Source of the DNA: a virus
Strand: one strand, 5' to 3'
IMG/VR virus record: IMGVR_UViG_3300017917_003388
Span: 110,695-174,694 of that record
Length of the DNA: 64,000 nucleotides
Below the pieces are notes generated by a model. The model did not search any database and had not been told where the DNA came from. It saw only the letters and a program-made list of their open reading frames with translations. Positions 10,081-20,182 of the stretch are shown here, piece after piece. Position 1 is the first letter of the stretch; the number at the start of each line of letters is the position of its first letter. The translations under genes were made by a program, and so were the position numbers.

Positions 10081-10454
10081 ATTCCAATATTAATTAATTG
10101 GGGGTTATCAACTTTGAATTTAATTATACCTTTGATTGAATTAATCGAGTTTACAATTTTATTTAAAGTTTCAATTGTAAATTGTTCTCCATCTTTAATA
10201 TAAGGATAAGGATCAATTTTTACAGTTAATATATCATATTCACGTCCTTTTTTAGGTAAACGAGGAGTATATTCTCTAGTATCTACGGTTGTTATACCTG
10301 GGATTGACCTTATATCAGATAGAATTTGAGATTGGGTTTTTTTATCAGTATCGGTAATTAAATGTCCTTCCAATTTATATAATTTAGAAGCAGAATCTTC
10401 ACGTATTAAACGTAATTCTTCTTGAATAAGTTGTTTAAGGTCTGAAATTTTCAT
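10077..10454 (-). CDS. Hypothetical, putative internal protein
   Basis: MKISDLKQLIQEE leader; ILSDIRSIPGITTV. Confidence 0.5.
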   Translation of the reverse strand: MKISDLKQLIQEELRLIREDSASKLYKLEGHLITDTDKKTQSQILSDIRSIPGITTVDTREYTPRLPKKGREYDILTVKIDPYPYIKDGEQFTIETLNKIVNSINSIKGIIKFKVDNPQLINIGI

Positions 10455-10469
10455 ATTACCACATTGCTA

Positions 10470-11099
10470 TTATACATATTGCGCTTTATATTGCTTATTC
10501 TTAATAGTTTGAGCTTTTCCAATAAGTTGACATCTTACTGTTTCTGGATTTATTTGGAGATCAATAGCTAGGTCATAGTAATTAGAATAAGTTTTAATAT
10601 ATTCTCCAGATATTGTATATAAAGCTACTTGTTTTCCATTTCCCTTATTGGGACTTATCCTACCCTTATGGGCTTCTGAGACTCCTGGTTTTAAGATTCC
10701 TTTCCCTCCTCCTTTAGGATTTGGGATTCCTTTTCTTTCTTTACTCCATTTATGTTTTTGTTCAAATGAATGTTTAGCAACACCTGTTAATTTTTCACTA
10801 ATTATTTTTTTGGTTTCTTCTTTATGAAGATTATTTCCTTTAGCATCATTAGTTAAATTATAAAATAATGGATTTGTTGAAGCATGAAAGTATTCTAACC
10901 ATTGAGATTCTATATCACGGGCATCTCCTTCACCTTGCCAAAGTATATCTCTTGTAAAATTGTTTTTACCGTATTTTTTTAGAGCATCTTTTATTACTTT
11001 ACCACTACCATAATAATTTTCGTCAATTTGAGATTTTCGAGAGGAACCAATATACTTTTTTCCATTAATTTTATTGGTTATAATATAAACATATGTCAT
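10470..11099 (-). CDS. GIY-YIG homing endonuclease (Seg-like, NUMOD repeats)
   Basis: YVYIITNKINGKKYIG, YYGSG, HKEETKKIIS; likely start MTYVY at 11099 behind an ATATTTATA motif. Confidence 0.85.
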   Translation of the reverse strand: MTYVYIITNKINGKKYIGSSRKSQIDENYYGSGKVIKDALKKYGKNNFTRDILWQGEGDARDIESQWLEYFHASTNPLFYNLTNDAKGNNLHKEETKKIISEKLTGVAKHSFEQKHKWSKERKGIPNPKGGGKGILKPGVSEAHKGRISPNKGNGKQVALYTISGEYIKTYSNYYDLAIDLQINPETVRCQLIGKAQTIKNKQYKAQYV

Positions 11100-11136
11100 A
11101 TTTTGTTTTATTATAAATATTGGTAGGGCCGTCCCT

Positions 11137-11817
11137 TTACCAAAAACCACTATAAGAACTTTTTAATCCTAAAAGTTTGGAAAAGCGAGGAAGTCTACAT
11201 GACCAATATCGCGCACTAGTTTTAGATTCTCCAGTACCACATCTATGTCGTTTAGCAAAAGCTCGCCTAGCTTTAGGATCATTAATTTTTACAGATAAAC
11301 CAGTTGTATCTCCAAAACTAACTTTTTTAATTTTTTTAGTTTTTGGATCACGAACATATACATAAAATTTTTTAGAACCACCACGTTTTGGTTTTCCAAT
11401 TGGTGGGTTTTTCTTTTTATCTTTAGATTCTTCTAATTCCTCTTCCTCCAACATAGGTAAGTCTAAAGGTACTTTTTTACCTTCATACATTCCATACTCA
11501 CCTAAATTAGTTTCGAATAATATTTCTTTATCTAGATCATTTACATAAATAGCATTACGAGAATATAAATAACGAGCTTCAGCCCATAAATCTAAAAATG
11601 CATCTGAGCCGTATCTAAATGTATTTTCTGTAAGAGCTACTTTGTTATCAATATGATATTTCATATTTTCAGACATTATAATTCTTGATGATATATTTTC
11701 ATTAAGAATTGGACCAGGATTTCCTACATTTTCACATGTATTACATCCACAACTACATTTATGTTGTGTAGTTTGTTTTATTAATATTTCTCTTATTATT
11801 TTTCTTATATTTTCCAT
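11137..11817 (-). CDS. Conserved phage protein with basic C-terminal domain
   Basis: KPKRGGSKKFYVYV...VSFGD...ARRAFAKRHRC...YWSC. Confidence 0.6.
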   Translation of the reverse strand: MENIRKIIREILIKQTTQHKCSCGCNTCENVGNPGPILNENISSRIIMSENMKYHIDNKVALTENTFRYGSDAFLDLWAEARYLYSRNAIYVNDLDKEILFETNLGEYGMYEGKKVPLDLPMLEEEELEESKDKKKNPPIGKPKRGGSKKFYVYVRDPKTKKIKKVSFGDTTGLSVKINDPKARRAFAKRHRCGTGESKTSARYWSCRLPRFSKLLGLKSSYSGFW

Positions 11818-11828
11818 GAATATAAATA

Positions 11829-12827
11829 TTATTTAATTTTGATGAATTTATCTTTTTTCAATTCATATACATTGGAAGATTTATGAGCAGTAGATTTAGT
11901 CATAACTATCGCTTCGTTATTTTTGATATTAAACATATTTCTGTCTGCTCTATAACCAGCAGTTAAATATGGGTAATACATATTTTTTGGGATAGATGGA
12001 GGAATATAACTATGTTCAGCAGTTAATTTATATATGTTTTTATATATGTTGTGTAAATTTATATTACCTTGTAATATTATGTTTATATTATCTGGCCCAT
12101 GATTTTCATTACCATATTCTGAACCATATATTAACTTATGAATTAAATTTATATTTTTTAATTTATAAATAAATCGAGTTTGGTTTGGAACCCCATCTAA
12201 ACTATTTAAATATATAAAATCATTTAATCTATCATTAAAGTATAATACTTCAAGATCATTGTTATATCTAGTGTATCCACTCCATCTAATAAAATCATCG
12301 GGGGAAGGACCATGGATTCCTGCTTTTTTATGGGAAATAAATATAACAGGTTCATTTGATGTGTTTATTATATTAAAATCAGATTTTGGAGTACCAGATT
12401 GGGATATAGCTTTATGTACATATTTGTATTTTTTATTTTTTATTAATACATCTATATACCCCCCATGTTTATTAATTAATTCATATAATTTTAAATTTAA
12501 TAAATTCAAATTATAATCTTCAACTACTGTTCCTGAACCTGTACCTTTTCCACCAAAAGATTGATCTTTAGTTAGATCTGAAATGGAATATTGAGTTTGA
12601 ATGTCTGTAAAAAATGGGAATTTATTAATAGGATGAAACATATGTTTACATGTTATTATTTTTTTATTTAGAAAAAGATCTAAATATTCATCTCTATCAA
12701 ATTTTAATATTTTATTCTCTCCATTAACTAAATTAAATGGAATCTCATTTATTATTTTATTCGATAAAATATCAAAACGATATCCTCCCCTTTTACTTAA
12801 ATCATAAATGGTTAAAGGTTTAAACAT
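11829..12827 (-). CDS. PD-(D/E)XK-like endonuclease
   Basis: GTPKSDF...FISHKK motif resembling a restriction-endonuclease-like core. Confidence 0.5.
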   Translation of the reverse strand: MFKPLTIYDLSKRGGYRFDILSNKIINEIPFNLVNGENKILKFDRDEYLDLFLNKKIITCKHMFHPINKFPFFTDIQTQYSISDLTKDQSFGGKGTGSGTVVEDYNLNLLNLKLYELINKHGGYIDVLIKNKKYKYVHKAISQSGTPKSDFNIINTSNEPVIFISHKKAGIHGPSPDDFIRWSGYTRYNNDLEVLYFNDRLNDFIYLNSLDGVPNQTRFIYKLKNINLIHKLIYGSEYGNENHGPDNINIILQGNINLHNIYKNIYKLTAEHSYIPPSIPKNMYYPYLTAGYRADRNMFNIKNNEAIVMTKSTAHKSSNVYELKKDKFIKIK

Positions 12828-12840
12828 TTTTATAACTAAT

Positions 12841-13371
12841 TTATTCGCTAATTTCTTCTTCTGATCCTAAATCATCTTTAGGTAATTCATTTTGATTAAT
12901 ATCTTCAGGAGAAGAAACAGGTTGTTCTTGTGATTGTGATGATGGTGTTATTTTTTCTTTATTGACTTCGGATTTGGCTCCATATGATAAAATTCGAGCA
13001 ATAGATTCAATACAATTTTGCTCTTCACTTAAATTTAATAAGTAATATTTTTTACCCTCAACTTTACCAATCCATGTTCTATCAGTGTATATTAAATAAA
13101 ATGGTTGTTCATTAGCTAATACTATTCTAAAAGTAGTAGGTCTAGGAGCTACCCATTCTATATCTTTTATAAATAATTCATATTGTTCTGTTAACAATAA
13201 TATAATAACATCTTTAAGAGTAGGAAATTTGACTAATACTGGAAAGCGAGTTGTGTCTAAAGATATAGAAGTAGATGTATCTAAGTCTATATTTTTAGTT
13301 TTATTATCAATAACATTGTTATATATTGATTTTATTTTTTCTTTTAATTCTCGTTTATTCATATTAATCAA
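12841..13371 (-). CDS. Hypothetical phage protein
   Basis: Intact ORF, WVAPRPTTFR motif. Confidence 0.55.
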   Translation of the reverse strand: MINMNKRELKEKIKSIYNNVIDNKTKNIDLDTSTSISLDTTRFPVLVKFPTLKDVIILLLTEQYELFIKDIEWVAPRPTTFRIVLANEQPFYLIYTDRTWIGKVEGKKYYLLNLSEEQNCIESIARILSYGAKSEVNKEKITPSSQSQEQPVSSPEDINQNELPKDDLGSEEEISE

Positions 13372-13873
13372 GTTTTATATATGGTGATACTATACTTTCA
13401 TAATCACTCATATTTAAAATATCTTTGGATTTAGATAATTGTATGATATTTTCTAACACAAAATGTAAATCAAGATCATTATGTGCATCTTCTCTAGAAT
13501 ATTCCATTATTCTTATTAATAAAGGAATAGATAAACTAATATATTCTTTGAATTGATTTTTTGATTCTTCATTTTCTTTTTTAAATATATCTAAAGAAGG
13601 TGATGATATAATCGATCTTGATTTAATATAATCAACTGAATTTATATCATCATCTACTTCTTCTGATTTTTTTATGGGAGATGATAAAACTGTTTTTATA
13701 GTTTCTTTAATTTTTAGTTTATCTTGCTTATCTACCATATTTTTAGCTAAAGTAATAGCTCTCCCCATCATTACCTTTTCAGCATCAGCACCATATTTTG
13801 AAACAAAATCTCTTTTATTTTGTTTATATTGATTATATAACTGATTCTTAATTGATAATTCTCTGGGGTTCAT
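13364..13873 (-). CDS. Hypothetical phage protein
   Basis: Intact ORF; IPLLIRIMEYSREDA..DLDLH motif. Confidence 0.55.
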   Translation of the reverse strand: MNPRELSIKNQLYNQYKQNKRDFVSKYGADAEKVMMGRAITLAKNMVDKQDKLKIKETIKTVLSSPIKKSEEVDDDINSVDYIKSRSIISSPSLDIFKKENEESKNQFKEYISLSIPLLIRIMEYSREDAHNDLDLHFVLENIIQLSKSKDILNMSDYESIVSPYIKLD

Positions 13874-13890
13874 TTGGGGAGTTTTAAAAA

Positions 13891-14064
13891 TTATTTACTT
13901 TTACTTTCAGCTACTGATGCTTTGTTATAAGCTGAAATTAGTTTTTTTAATTCACTTAAAGCTTTACGAGTTTTAGCTTTATTAGTTTTAAATTTACCTT
14001 CATGGTTTTCTTTTGCGGTTTCATATAACCCACTAATTTGTTCAAATAGTTCTTGTGTGTTCAT
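13891..14064 (-). CDS. Histone H1-like (Hc1-type) small protein, not in the ORF track
   Basis: Own translation MNTQELFEQISGLYETAKENHEGKFKTNKAKTRKALSELKKLISAYNKASVAESKSK (57 aa); RKA..ELKKL...Y.K.SV pattern of Bacteroidetes Hc1-like proteins. Confidence 0.65.
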   Translation of the reverse strand: MNTQELFEQISGLYETAKENHEGKFKTNKAKTRKALSELKKLISAYNKASVAESKSK

Positions 14065-14095
14065 AGATATTTAGTTTTTATTTGTTTATTATTTG

Positions 14096-14515
14096 TTATT
14101 CATTTATGTTTTGTTGTTGTCCTACAACTTGTGTTCTAACAAGCATTGTGATGGTATTACCAATTTGGTTTATTAATTTTTCATCTCCTAATTGTTGAGC
14201 ATTTGCCATAGCCTTATTTAGAGAATCTTGAATTGCTTTTATATTTGGGTTTATATCTACTTCAGATGGAGTATCATCTTGAGATACATCTTGGTTATCT
14301 ACACTGTCATCAGTATTAGTAATGTCTTCAATATCTATATCTTCTTGAGGAGCTACATCTTTTTTTTTCTTTTTAGATTCACCTAAAGACTTATGAATTA
14401 AACCTTTAATTGTATCTTTAAGATTATTAGATTCATTTAATGTATCATAATGTTTTATTGCAGGAATAGTTTCTCCAAAAGCTAATTTCTGCATATGTTC
14501 AAATTGTTTCATCAT
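14096..14515 (-). CDS. Acidic hypothetical, putative internal protein
   Basis: FEHMQKLAFG motif; acidic linker. Confidence 0.5.
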   Translation of the reverse strand: MMKQFEHMQKLAFGETIPAIKHYDTLNESNNLKDTIKGLIHKSLGESKKKKKDVAPQEDIDIEDITNTDDSVDNQDVSQDDTPSEVDINPNIKAIQDSLNKAMANAQQLGDEKLINQIGNTITMLVRTQVVGQQQNINE

Positions 14516-14540
14516 TTAATTTATAATAATAAATATTGTA

Positions 14541-15158
14541 TTATCTTTTTCCGTGTAAATATTTAGTTAAAATAGCACCTATTACTCCTAATTTTTGTCT
14601 TATTAACACCCATTCTTCGTAAGATAATTTATGTTCTTTATTATAATAAGATATAGTAAGAGTACCTATAAAATTATCATGGATGTCTTTTATAGCTAAT
14701 AAATAAAATGATTTAGTTTTATATTTTTTACCTTTTACCTGGAATAACCCACAATCTAGATCATTATTTGAACATTCTGGTATGCTTATTTCTCCATTTT
14801 TATATACTAATGAAAATGTCTTTGGATATAAAGATACAGGAATGTTTTGGAATATATTTTTTATAGATTGAACTTTAGATGAAATTCGTTCATAGAATAT
14901 ACTAAATTTTTTTATTGAAGTTCCTGTGGGGAAAAAATGACCACCATTGTGAAATTGAGATAAACATATTCTATCACAACTAAGTTCTTCTTGTAATATT
15001 TCTAGCTGTTTATCTATTTTTTCGTCAGTATTTATTGATTCACCTAATATATCTTTATTACTACTAAATTTATTTTTAGCCCATTCTACTAATATTGGTC
15101 CAAATACAGAAGTTATCAAAGCAATAGCTATAGTTAGGATAGCATTTATTTTGTCCAT
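14541..15158 (-). CDS. TM + GAF-like domain protein, possible T4 gpT-type holin
   Basis: Single N-terminal TM then FHNGGHF..KFS..YE GAF-like soluble domain. Confidence 0.5.
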   Translation of the reverse strand: MDKINAILTIAIALITSVFGPILVEWAKNKFSSNKDILGESINTDEKIDKQLEILQEELSCDRICLSQFHNGGHFFPTGTSIKKFSIFYERISSKVQSIKNIFQNIPVSLYPKTFSLVYKNGEISIPECSNNDLDCGLFQVKGKKYKTKSFYLLAIKDIHDNFIGTLTISYYNKEHKLSYEEWVLIRQKLGVIGAILTKYLHGKR

Positions 15159-15161
15159 AAT

Positions 15162-15731
15162 TTATTTTTTAAGAGATTGCAAATATTTTATTGTTTCATC
15201 TTTATTTTGTAACAATTTTTGTTTTGCAGAACCATTCCATATTTCTATATCACCATTTTCAGAAATAAATGAATCATTTGAAGTATTTATTAATTCATTT
15301 ATCCACACATTGTAATCTTCTATAACATGATCTATATCTGAGTTTAGTATGTTTTTTTCATATTCTTCCCATAATCCTAATTTACGTAAATTTGTTTCAA
15401 AATCTATTTGACAATTAAAACATCTTTTATATTGAATATAAAATAATTTATCATATTTGTGTTTCATTAAATTTTTACAACAAGAACAAAATATTGGAAC
15501 ATTTATCAATTTTTTAGCAGAATCTAACTTTGTTATATTTTGTTTTATACCATTTTTTATAGTCCATTGTCTTCCATCTTCTTCCCAAATATCTCCTTCA
15601 ATATAGAATTCTTTTTTCTTTTCATATCCTACACTTAAATTAGTTTTTTCAGTTTCGTTTCCTGTTATAAGATTACGAAGACGTCTAACATCTTGATGTT
15701 TAAAATTTTTAGATAATATACTATTTGACAT
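15162..15731 (-). CDS. Hypothetical with Cys zinc-finger
   Basis: EGDIWEEDGRQWTIKNG; CSCC...CFNC. Confidence 0.55.
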   Translation of the reverse strand: MSNSILSKNFKHQDVRRLRNLITGNETEKTNLSVGYEKKKEFYIEGDIWEEDGRQWTIKNGIKQNITKLDSAKKLINVPIFCSCCKNLMKHKYDKLFYIQYKRCFNCQIDFETNLRKLGLWEEYEKNILNSDIDHVIEDYNVWINELINTSNDSFISENGDIEIWNGSAKQKLLQNKDETIKYLQSLKK

Positions 15732-16330
15732 TATTTATCTGATATTTCTTGTTTTGTTAATTTATAATCAACTCCAGATTCTAAACCAGCATTATTTAAT
15801 ATTTTTTTAAGAATAGGACCATCAATTAATTGAAACTTTAATGTAAAATCATCTATCTTAACAGGTTTTAATGTTGATTTTTTAGCAGTTTCTCCGCTAA
15901 TCTTATTATAATATTTCTCTACTAATTCTTTATTATATAAAGTTTTTTTAGGAAATATAAATAACATTTTACCATCTTTATCTTTATGTGTTTCTACTCC
16001 CTTTTTATCAAATTTTTCCCCAGTTAATTCTTCTATTTTTGAATATAAAGTTTTTCCGTTTTCGTTATAAATATTAACATTAGTTTTAATAGTTGAAGCT
16101 ATTCCTGGTCTATCACCAAATACTTTATTTTCTAAATCTTTTAATCCTGATGCTTCTTTGCTGAATATTTGTTTTAGATTTTCAGGGTTATTTAATATTT
16201 TAATAAAATCATCAGCATTGTAATCTTTTAATAATTGTAATATTAATTCATTTTGGGTTTGAAATTTCTTCAATCCACTTTCTTCTTCAGAATTTTCTTT
16301 TATTGTTAATTTATATTTAAATTTATTCAT
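15731..16330 (-). CDS. Hypothetical protein
   Basis: Intact ORF in operon. Confidence 0.5.
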   Translation of the reverse strand: MNKFKYKLTIKENSEEESGLKKFQTQNELILQLLKDYNADDFIKILNNPENLKQIFSKEASGLKDLENKVFGDRPGIASTIKTNVNIYNENGKTLYSKIEELTGEKFDKKGVETHKDKDGKMLFIFPKKTLYNKELVEKYYNKISGETAKKSTLKPVKIDDFTLKFQLIDGPILKKILNNAGLESGVDYKLTKQEISDK

Positions 16331-16851
16331 AGTCCTAAATTTTTTAATTGTTTAATAGTATCACTAGCTGATGTATGGAGTATACCAATTCCTCCTCTAC
16401 TGTTCCACTCAATAATCGTATCATCTCTATCATCAATTAATATTCTATTTTTTTTAGAATAATTTTGTTTTTTATTTCTATCTGATAGTATCAATTGGTA
16501 ATTACCTAAATTTTCTTTAACCCATAATCTTTTACCGTATCTTGAAGATGAGTGTTTCGAAGGAGCTGACAGTAATTTGGGGTTATATGTTTTTATATAA
16601 TCCCACAATTGTTTTCCATCTTTCATCCAAGGCATTTTAGACCAAAATTCATATCCTATTTTATTAATTAAATTCCAAAAATTTTCAGCTCCATGTTTAA
16701 TTTCATAAGCTTTAGGAGATATATTTCCATATTGTTCAAATCTAAAATCAAAATCACATAATACTCCATCCATATCACAAAATATATTATATTTAGTAAT
16801 ATTTAAATTTTCATTTTTGATCTGATTATATAGATCTGTTAATTTATACAT
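16327..16851 (-). CDS. HAD-family 5'(3')-deoxyribonucleotidase-like
   Basis: DMDGVLCDF, LSAP, ILIDD motifs. Confidence 0.85.
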   Translation of the reverse strand: MYKLTDLYNQIKNENLNITKYNIFCDMDGVLCDFDFRFEQYGNISPKAYEIKHGAENFWNLINKIGYEFWSKMPWMKDGKQLWDYIKTYNPKLLSAPSKHSSSRYGKRLWVKENLGNYQLILSDRNKKQNYSKKNRILIDDRDDTIIEWNSRGGIGILHTSASDTIKQLKNLGL

Positions 16852-16857
16852 AGAATT

Positions 16858-17934
16858 TTATTTAATTGAATTTTCCCAACTTCTAAATAACATATTACCC
16901 TTTTCATATGCTTCTCGTTCAAGTTCTGCTAAATATTCATCTTCATTTATATTTTGAGTAGATATGTTGTTTAATCTATCTTCGGTATCTTGTTTAAAAT
17001 GAATCATTTCATGTGAAAATGACCTAGTTATATCTTTAGGATGTCTTCCTAAAGTGTATAAAACAATACATTTATTATTGGGATCATAATATGCTGTTTT
17101 ACCTAAAGGTTTAGATGCATTATCCTCATCATTATTTATAAATTTAATTTTAGGTAATGATTGTAATTCCAATTCCTTTTTTATAAATTTAGTTAAAGAA
17201 TATATATTATCTTTAATAGTAGATATATCAGGCTGGTATAATTTGTTTTCATTGATTTTTTCTTTAACTTCTAATATTTCTTCTTCATCGTATTTAGAGT
17301 ATTGTTTTATAAAATCACTGAAAAGTATAGGTTTTTCTTTAAATAGTGTTTTAGATTTTAATTCAGGATACTCTTCTATTAAATCTTTAATATATGAAAT
17401 ATGTGAATAACCTTTAGCTTTATCTAAAATAATATTTATATCTATTATATATTCGTTTAAATTTGGAATTGATGATTTAGTATATAACAAAATACGTTCT
17501 TCAGATTCATCTTGAATATCTTTAGGAGCTACGTCAGTTGATGACATTTCTTGAGAAAAATAATAAAATGGAACTATTTTGTATTTATTAGATAATTTAT
17601 TCCCATCTAATGCTATTCTAATTGTATCTCCATTAATTGTTGTATTTTTTTTATATAAAAGTCGATTTCGAGTTGTAGAAACATAATATAGATATTTTAT
17701 ATCTTTATTTTTTAATGAATTTAAATCTTTCCTAAATGATATTATTTCATCCGAATCTTGACTACCTGGTTTATCAGCATATTCTATTTCTACTTTAGAT
17801 CCTTTTAATTCATTTTGACTTAAAATATTCCATATATTTATAGGACTCGTAAAATGATATAAAACACCTATATTTTTACCTTCATCTATTATAGGTGATA
17901 TCATTTCTTGGGTTAATTTATTTATATCTATCAT
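16858..17934 (-). CDS. Two-domain protein: ART-like N-domain + HEXXH metallopeptidase-like C-domain
   Basis: LYHFTS...VSTTR...ESEERI; SHEMIH..Q...EREAY. Confidence 0.5.
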   Translation of the reverse strand: MIDINKLTQEMISPIIDEGKNIGVLYHFTSPINIWNILSQNELKGSKVEIEYADKPGSQDSDEIISFRKDLNSLKNKDIKYLYYVSTTRNRLLYKKNTTINGDTIRIALDGNKLSNKYKIVPFYYFSQEMSSTDVAPKDIQDESEERILLYTKSSIPNLNEYIIDINIILDKAKGYSHISYIKDLIEEYPELKSKTLFKEKPILFSDFIKQYSKYDEEEILEVKEKINENKLYQPDISTIKDNIYSLTKFIKKELELQSLPKIKFINNDEDNASKPLGKTAYYDPNNKCIVLYTLGRHPKDITRSFSHEMIHFKQDTEDRLNNISTQNINEDEYLAELEREAYEKGNMLFRSWENSIK

Positions 17935-17967
17935 TTATATTATAATTAAAATACATACATAAATATT

Positions 17968-18744
17968 TTATATATCTTTTCTTTTTATACTTGTTTTAAA
18001 TGTTTCAAATGATGGGGAATGTAATGGATTATCAATTTCGAATAATCTTTTTATCATTTTAAATATTTCTATATTATTTTCATGGGTTCTAGTTGGTAAA
18101 CACATTTCCCAACCTTTACCTTGAATTTTATCTTTTGATGGTTTTCTTTTAGATGATTTTAACCATAAAATGCCATATTTATCTATTTTTTTTCCATAAC
18201 ATTCATAATAACACTGCCCATAAACTGATGTTTGTAACTCATATTGGGGTTGAATGTTATTTGATGTTTTTATATCAATTAACCATAGTTCACCATCTAT
18301 TTCTACTATTAAGTCACAAGTTCCTGCTACTTCTAAAGTATCTGAAAATAAATGGATTTCTGTTTCAATTAATTTGGGATTATATGTTTCCCAAAATTCT
18401 ACAAATTTTAAAAACATCTGCCATACATCTGGATTATATAATGGAATCCCCTTATTTGAAAAAAAATTCAATTCCTCCCCTTTTAAATATTTTTCTACTA
18501 ACTCATGAACTTGGGTTCCTTCTTCTGATGCTTTTTTTACTATATAGTCAGAAGCAAAACCTACTTGTTTTAACCAAGTTTCATATTGTTTTCCTTTAGG
18601 ATAATATGTTAAAACATATGTAACAGAAGGATAATATTTACCATTTCTCCTATAATATCTAGAATCAGGTAAAGTTATTTGCTCATAATCCTCTGATATT
18701 TCTAATATTCTATCATATGGATTATTATATTGTTTATCACTCAT
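17968..18744 (-). CDS. PD-(D/E)XK (Cas4-like) exonuclease
   Basis: YPSVT, EGTQVH, AGTCDL, IDIKTS, Q.S.Y. Confidence 0.85.
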   Translation of the reverse strand: MSDKQYNNPYDRILEISEDYEQITLPDSRYYRRNGKYYPSVTYVLTYYPKGKQYETWLKQVGFASDYIVKKASEEGTQVHELVEKYLKGEELNFFSNKGIPLYNPDVWQMFLKFVEFWETYNPKLIETEIHLFSDTLEVAGTCDLIVEIDGELWLIDIKTSNNIQPQYELQTSVYGQCYYECYGKKIDKYGILWLKSSKRKPSKDKIQGKGWEMCLPTRTHENNIEIFKMIKRLFEIDNPLHSPSFETFKTSIKRKDI

Positions 18745-19682
18745 ATAATTTCAAATTTTTTCTCAAGTATATCTGAGAAAGTTAGGGGTAAAGTATTTTG
18801 GATATTTAATGTAAATTGTTTAAATCCTAATTCACTTGGATCTTTTTTATCAAAATCTACTAAATAAACTTCTTTACCTTCATTTATTAATATTTCACAA
18901 TATTCTATTGATTTTTTAATAGCTTTCTTATCTTTATCTAAAGCAATATATATTTTTTTAACTGATGAATTTATTATTTTTTTCATTAAGTTATGTTGAA
19001 TATTACTTCCTAATAATGGAATTGCGTTTCTTTTAATAGCTATAGCATCAAAAACTCCTTCACATAAAATTATAGGAACATCCCAATTTATAAATAATTC
19101 AAAAAATATAATATCTCTAGGAATATCAGGAATAGAATATTTTATATTTGAATTGGGGTCAAAATTTCTAGCTACAAAAAAATTTAGATTTCCTTCATTA
19201 TTGTATGAAGGTATTATTATCATATTAGAATAAGGCCCATATTCACAATAACCTATATTATATTTAATAATATCATATTCAGATACATTTCTTTTCTTTA
19301 AATAACTTAATGCTTTTCTAGCGATTAAAGTAGAGGGAGGATTTATTAAAGAAATAAATTCTTTAGGTAATAATACAAACTTATATTCTTCTTTGGATAT
19401 TCCTGTATTTTCATTTTTTACTCCTGTTATTTTTTTAAGTTGATTTATTTTATTCAAATCAACTTTTAATTTAGTAAACAGAGTTTTTAATTTTTTCCCC
19501 TTAAATCCACATACCCAACATTGATATGATTGAAAATTGGGGGAATTTGAATTCAAATTTATTTCCAATTTTAGTTTATGGTGCCCACATTTAGGACAAT
19601 GGTATGCTCTATTTCCTCTAGAAGTAGATTTTCCATTACCTAAAACTGAATCTAATAAATTTGTTAATTCAATATTATCCAT
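18741..19682 (-). CDS. DNA primase
   Basis: CPKC...CWVC zinc finger; ILCEGVFDA TOPRIM; LDKD; KDPSE. Confidence 0.9.
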   Translation of the reverse strand: MDNIELTNLLDSVLGNGKSTSRGNRAYHCPKCGHHKLKLEINLNSNSPNFQSYQCWVCGFKGKKLKTLFTKLKVDLNKINQLKKITGVKNENTGISKEEYKFVLLPKEFISLINPPSTLIARKALSYLKKRNVSEYDIIKYNIGYCEYGPYSNMIIIPSYNNEGNLNFFVARNFDPNSNIKYSIPDIPRDIIFFELFINWDVPIILCEGVFDAIAIKRNAIPLLGSNIQHNLMKKIINSSVKKIYIALDKDKKAIKKSIEYCEILINEGKEVYLVDFDKKDPSELGFKQFTLNIQNTLPLTFSDILEKKFEII

Positions 19683-19735
19683 TAATTTTTATCTAAATTA
19701 TTGTAAATATAATAATAAAAATTTGGATATTCAAA

Positions 19736-20182
19736 TTATATTATAAAATCTTGAGTAAAAAAACGACCTTGAATGTTATCATTTATCCATTCTTCTGGAT
19801 TTTCTATGGAGCCATAAGTAAATAAATATTTACATTCATAGTATGTTAATAATTTTTTATTATATACTATATGTAATATTTCCCTAATGAACTCAGATTG
19901 TTTACCTTGTTTGATTAAATCAGTAATGTATTTTGCTGATCCATAATATTTTTTCCAATCTGATTCTTTTTGAATAACTCTGGTTATAGTTTTTCGACCA
20001 GGACCTATTTGTTGTGATATTTCCTTTTTTGTAAGTTTTTTCTTTACATTATGGAATAATGATTTTTTCCCTATATATTTTTTTCCAGTAGGAATATGAG
20101 TTGTGATATATATAAAACCAAAAGGTATATTATCACCAAAATCTTCTATATTTTCTATTTTTTTATCTTTATAAAACCACAT
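19736..20182 (-). CDS. GIY-YIG nuclease (T4 endonuclease II-like)
   Basis: GFIYIT...KKYIGKK...ESDWKKYYGS...NDNI.GRF. Confidence 0.75.
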   Translation of the reverse strand: MWFYKDKKIENIEDFGDNIPFGFIYITTHIPTGKKYIGKKSLFHNVKKKLTKKEISQQIGPGRKTITRVIQKESDWKKYYGSAKYITDLIKQGKQSEFIREILHIVYNKKLLTYYECKYLFTYGSIENPEEWINDNIQGRFFTQDFII

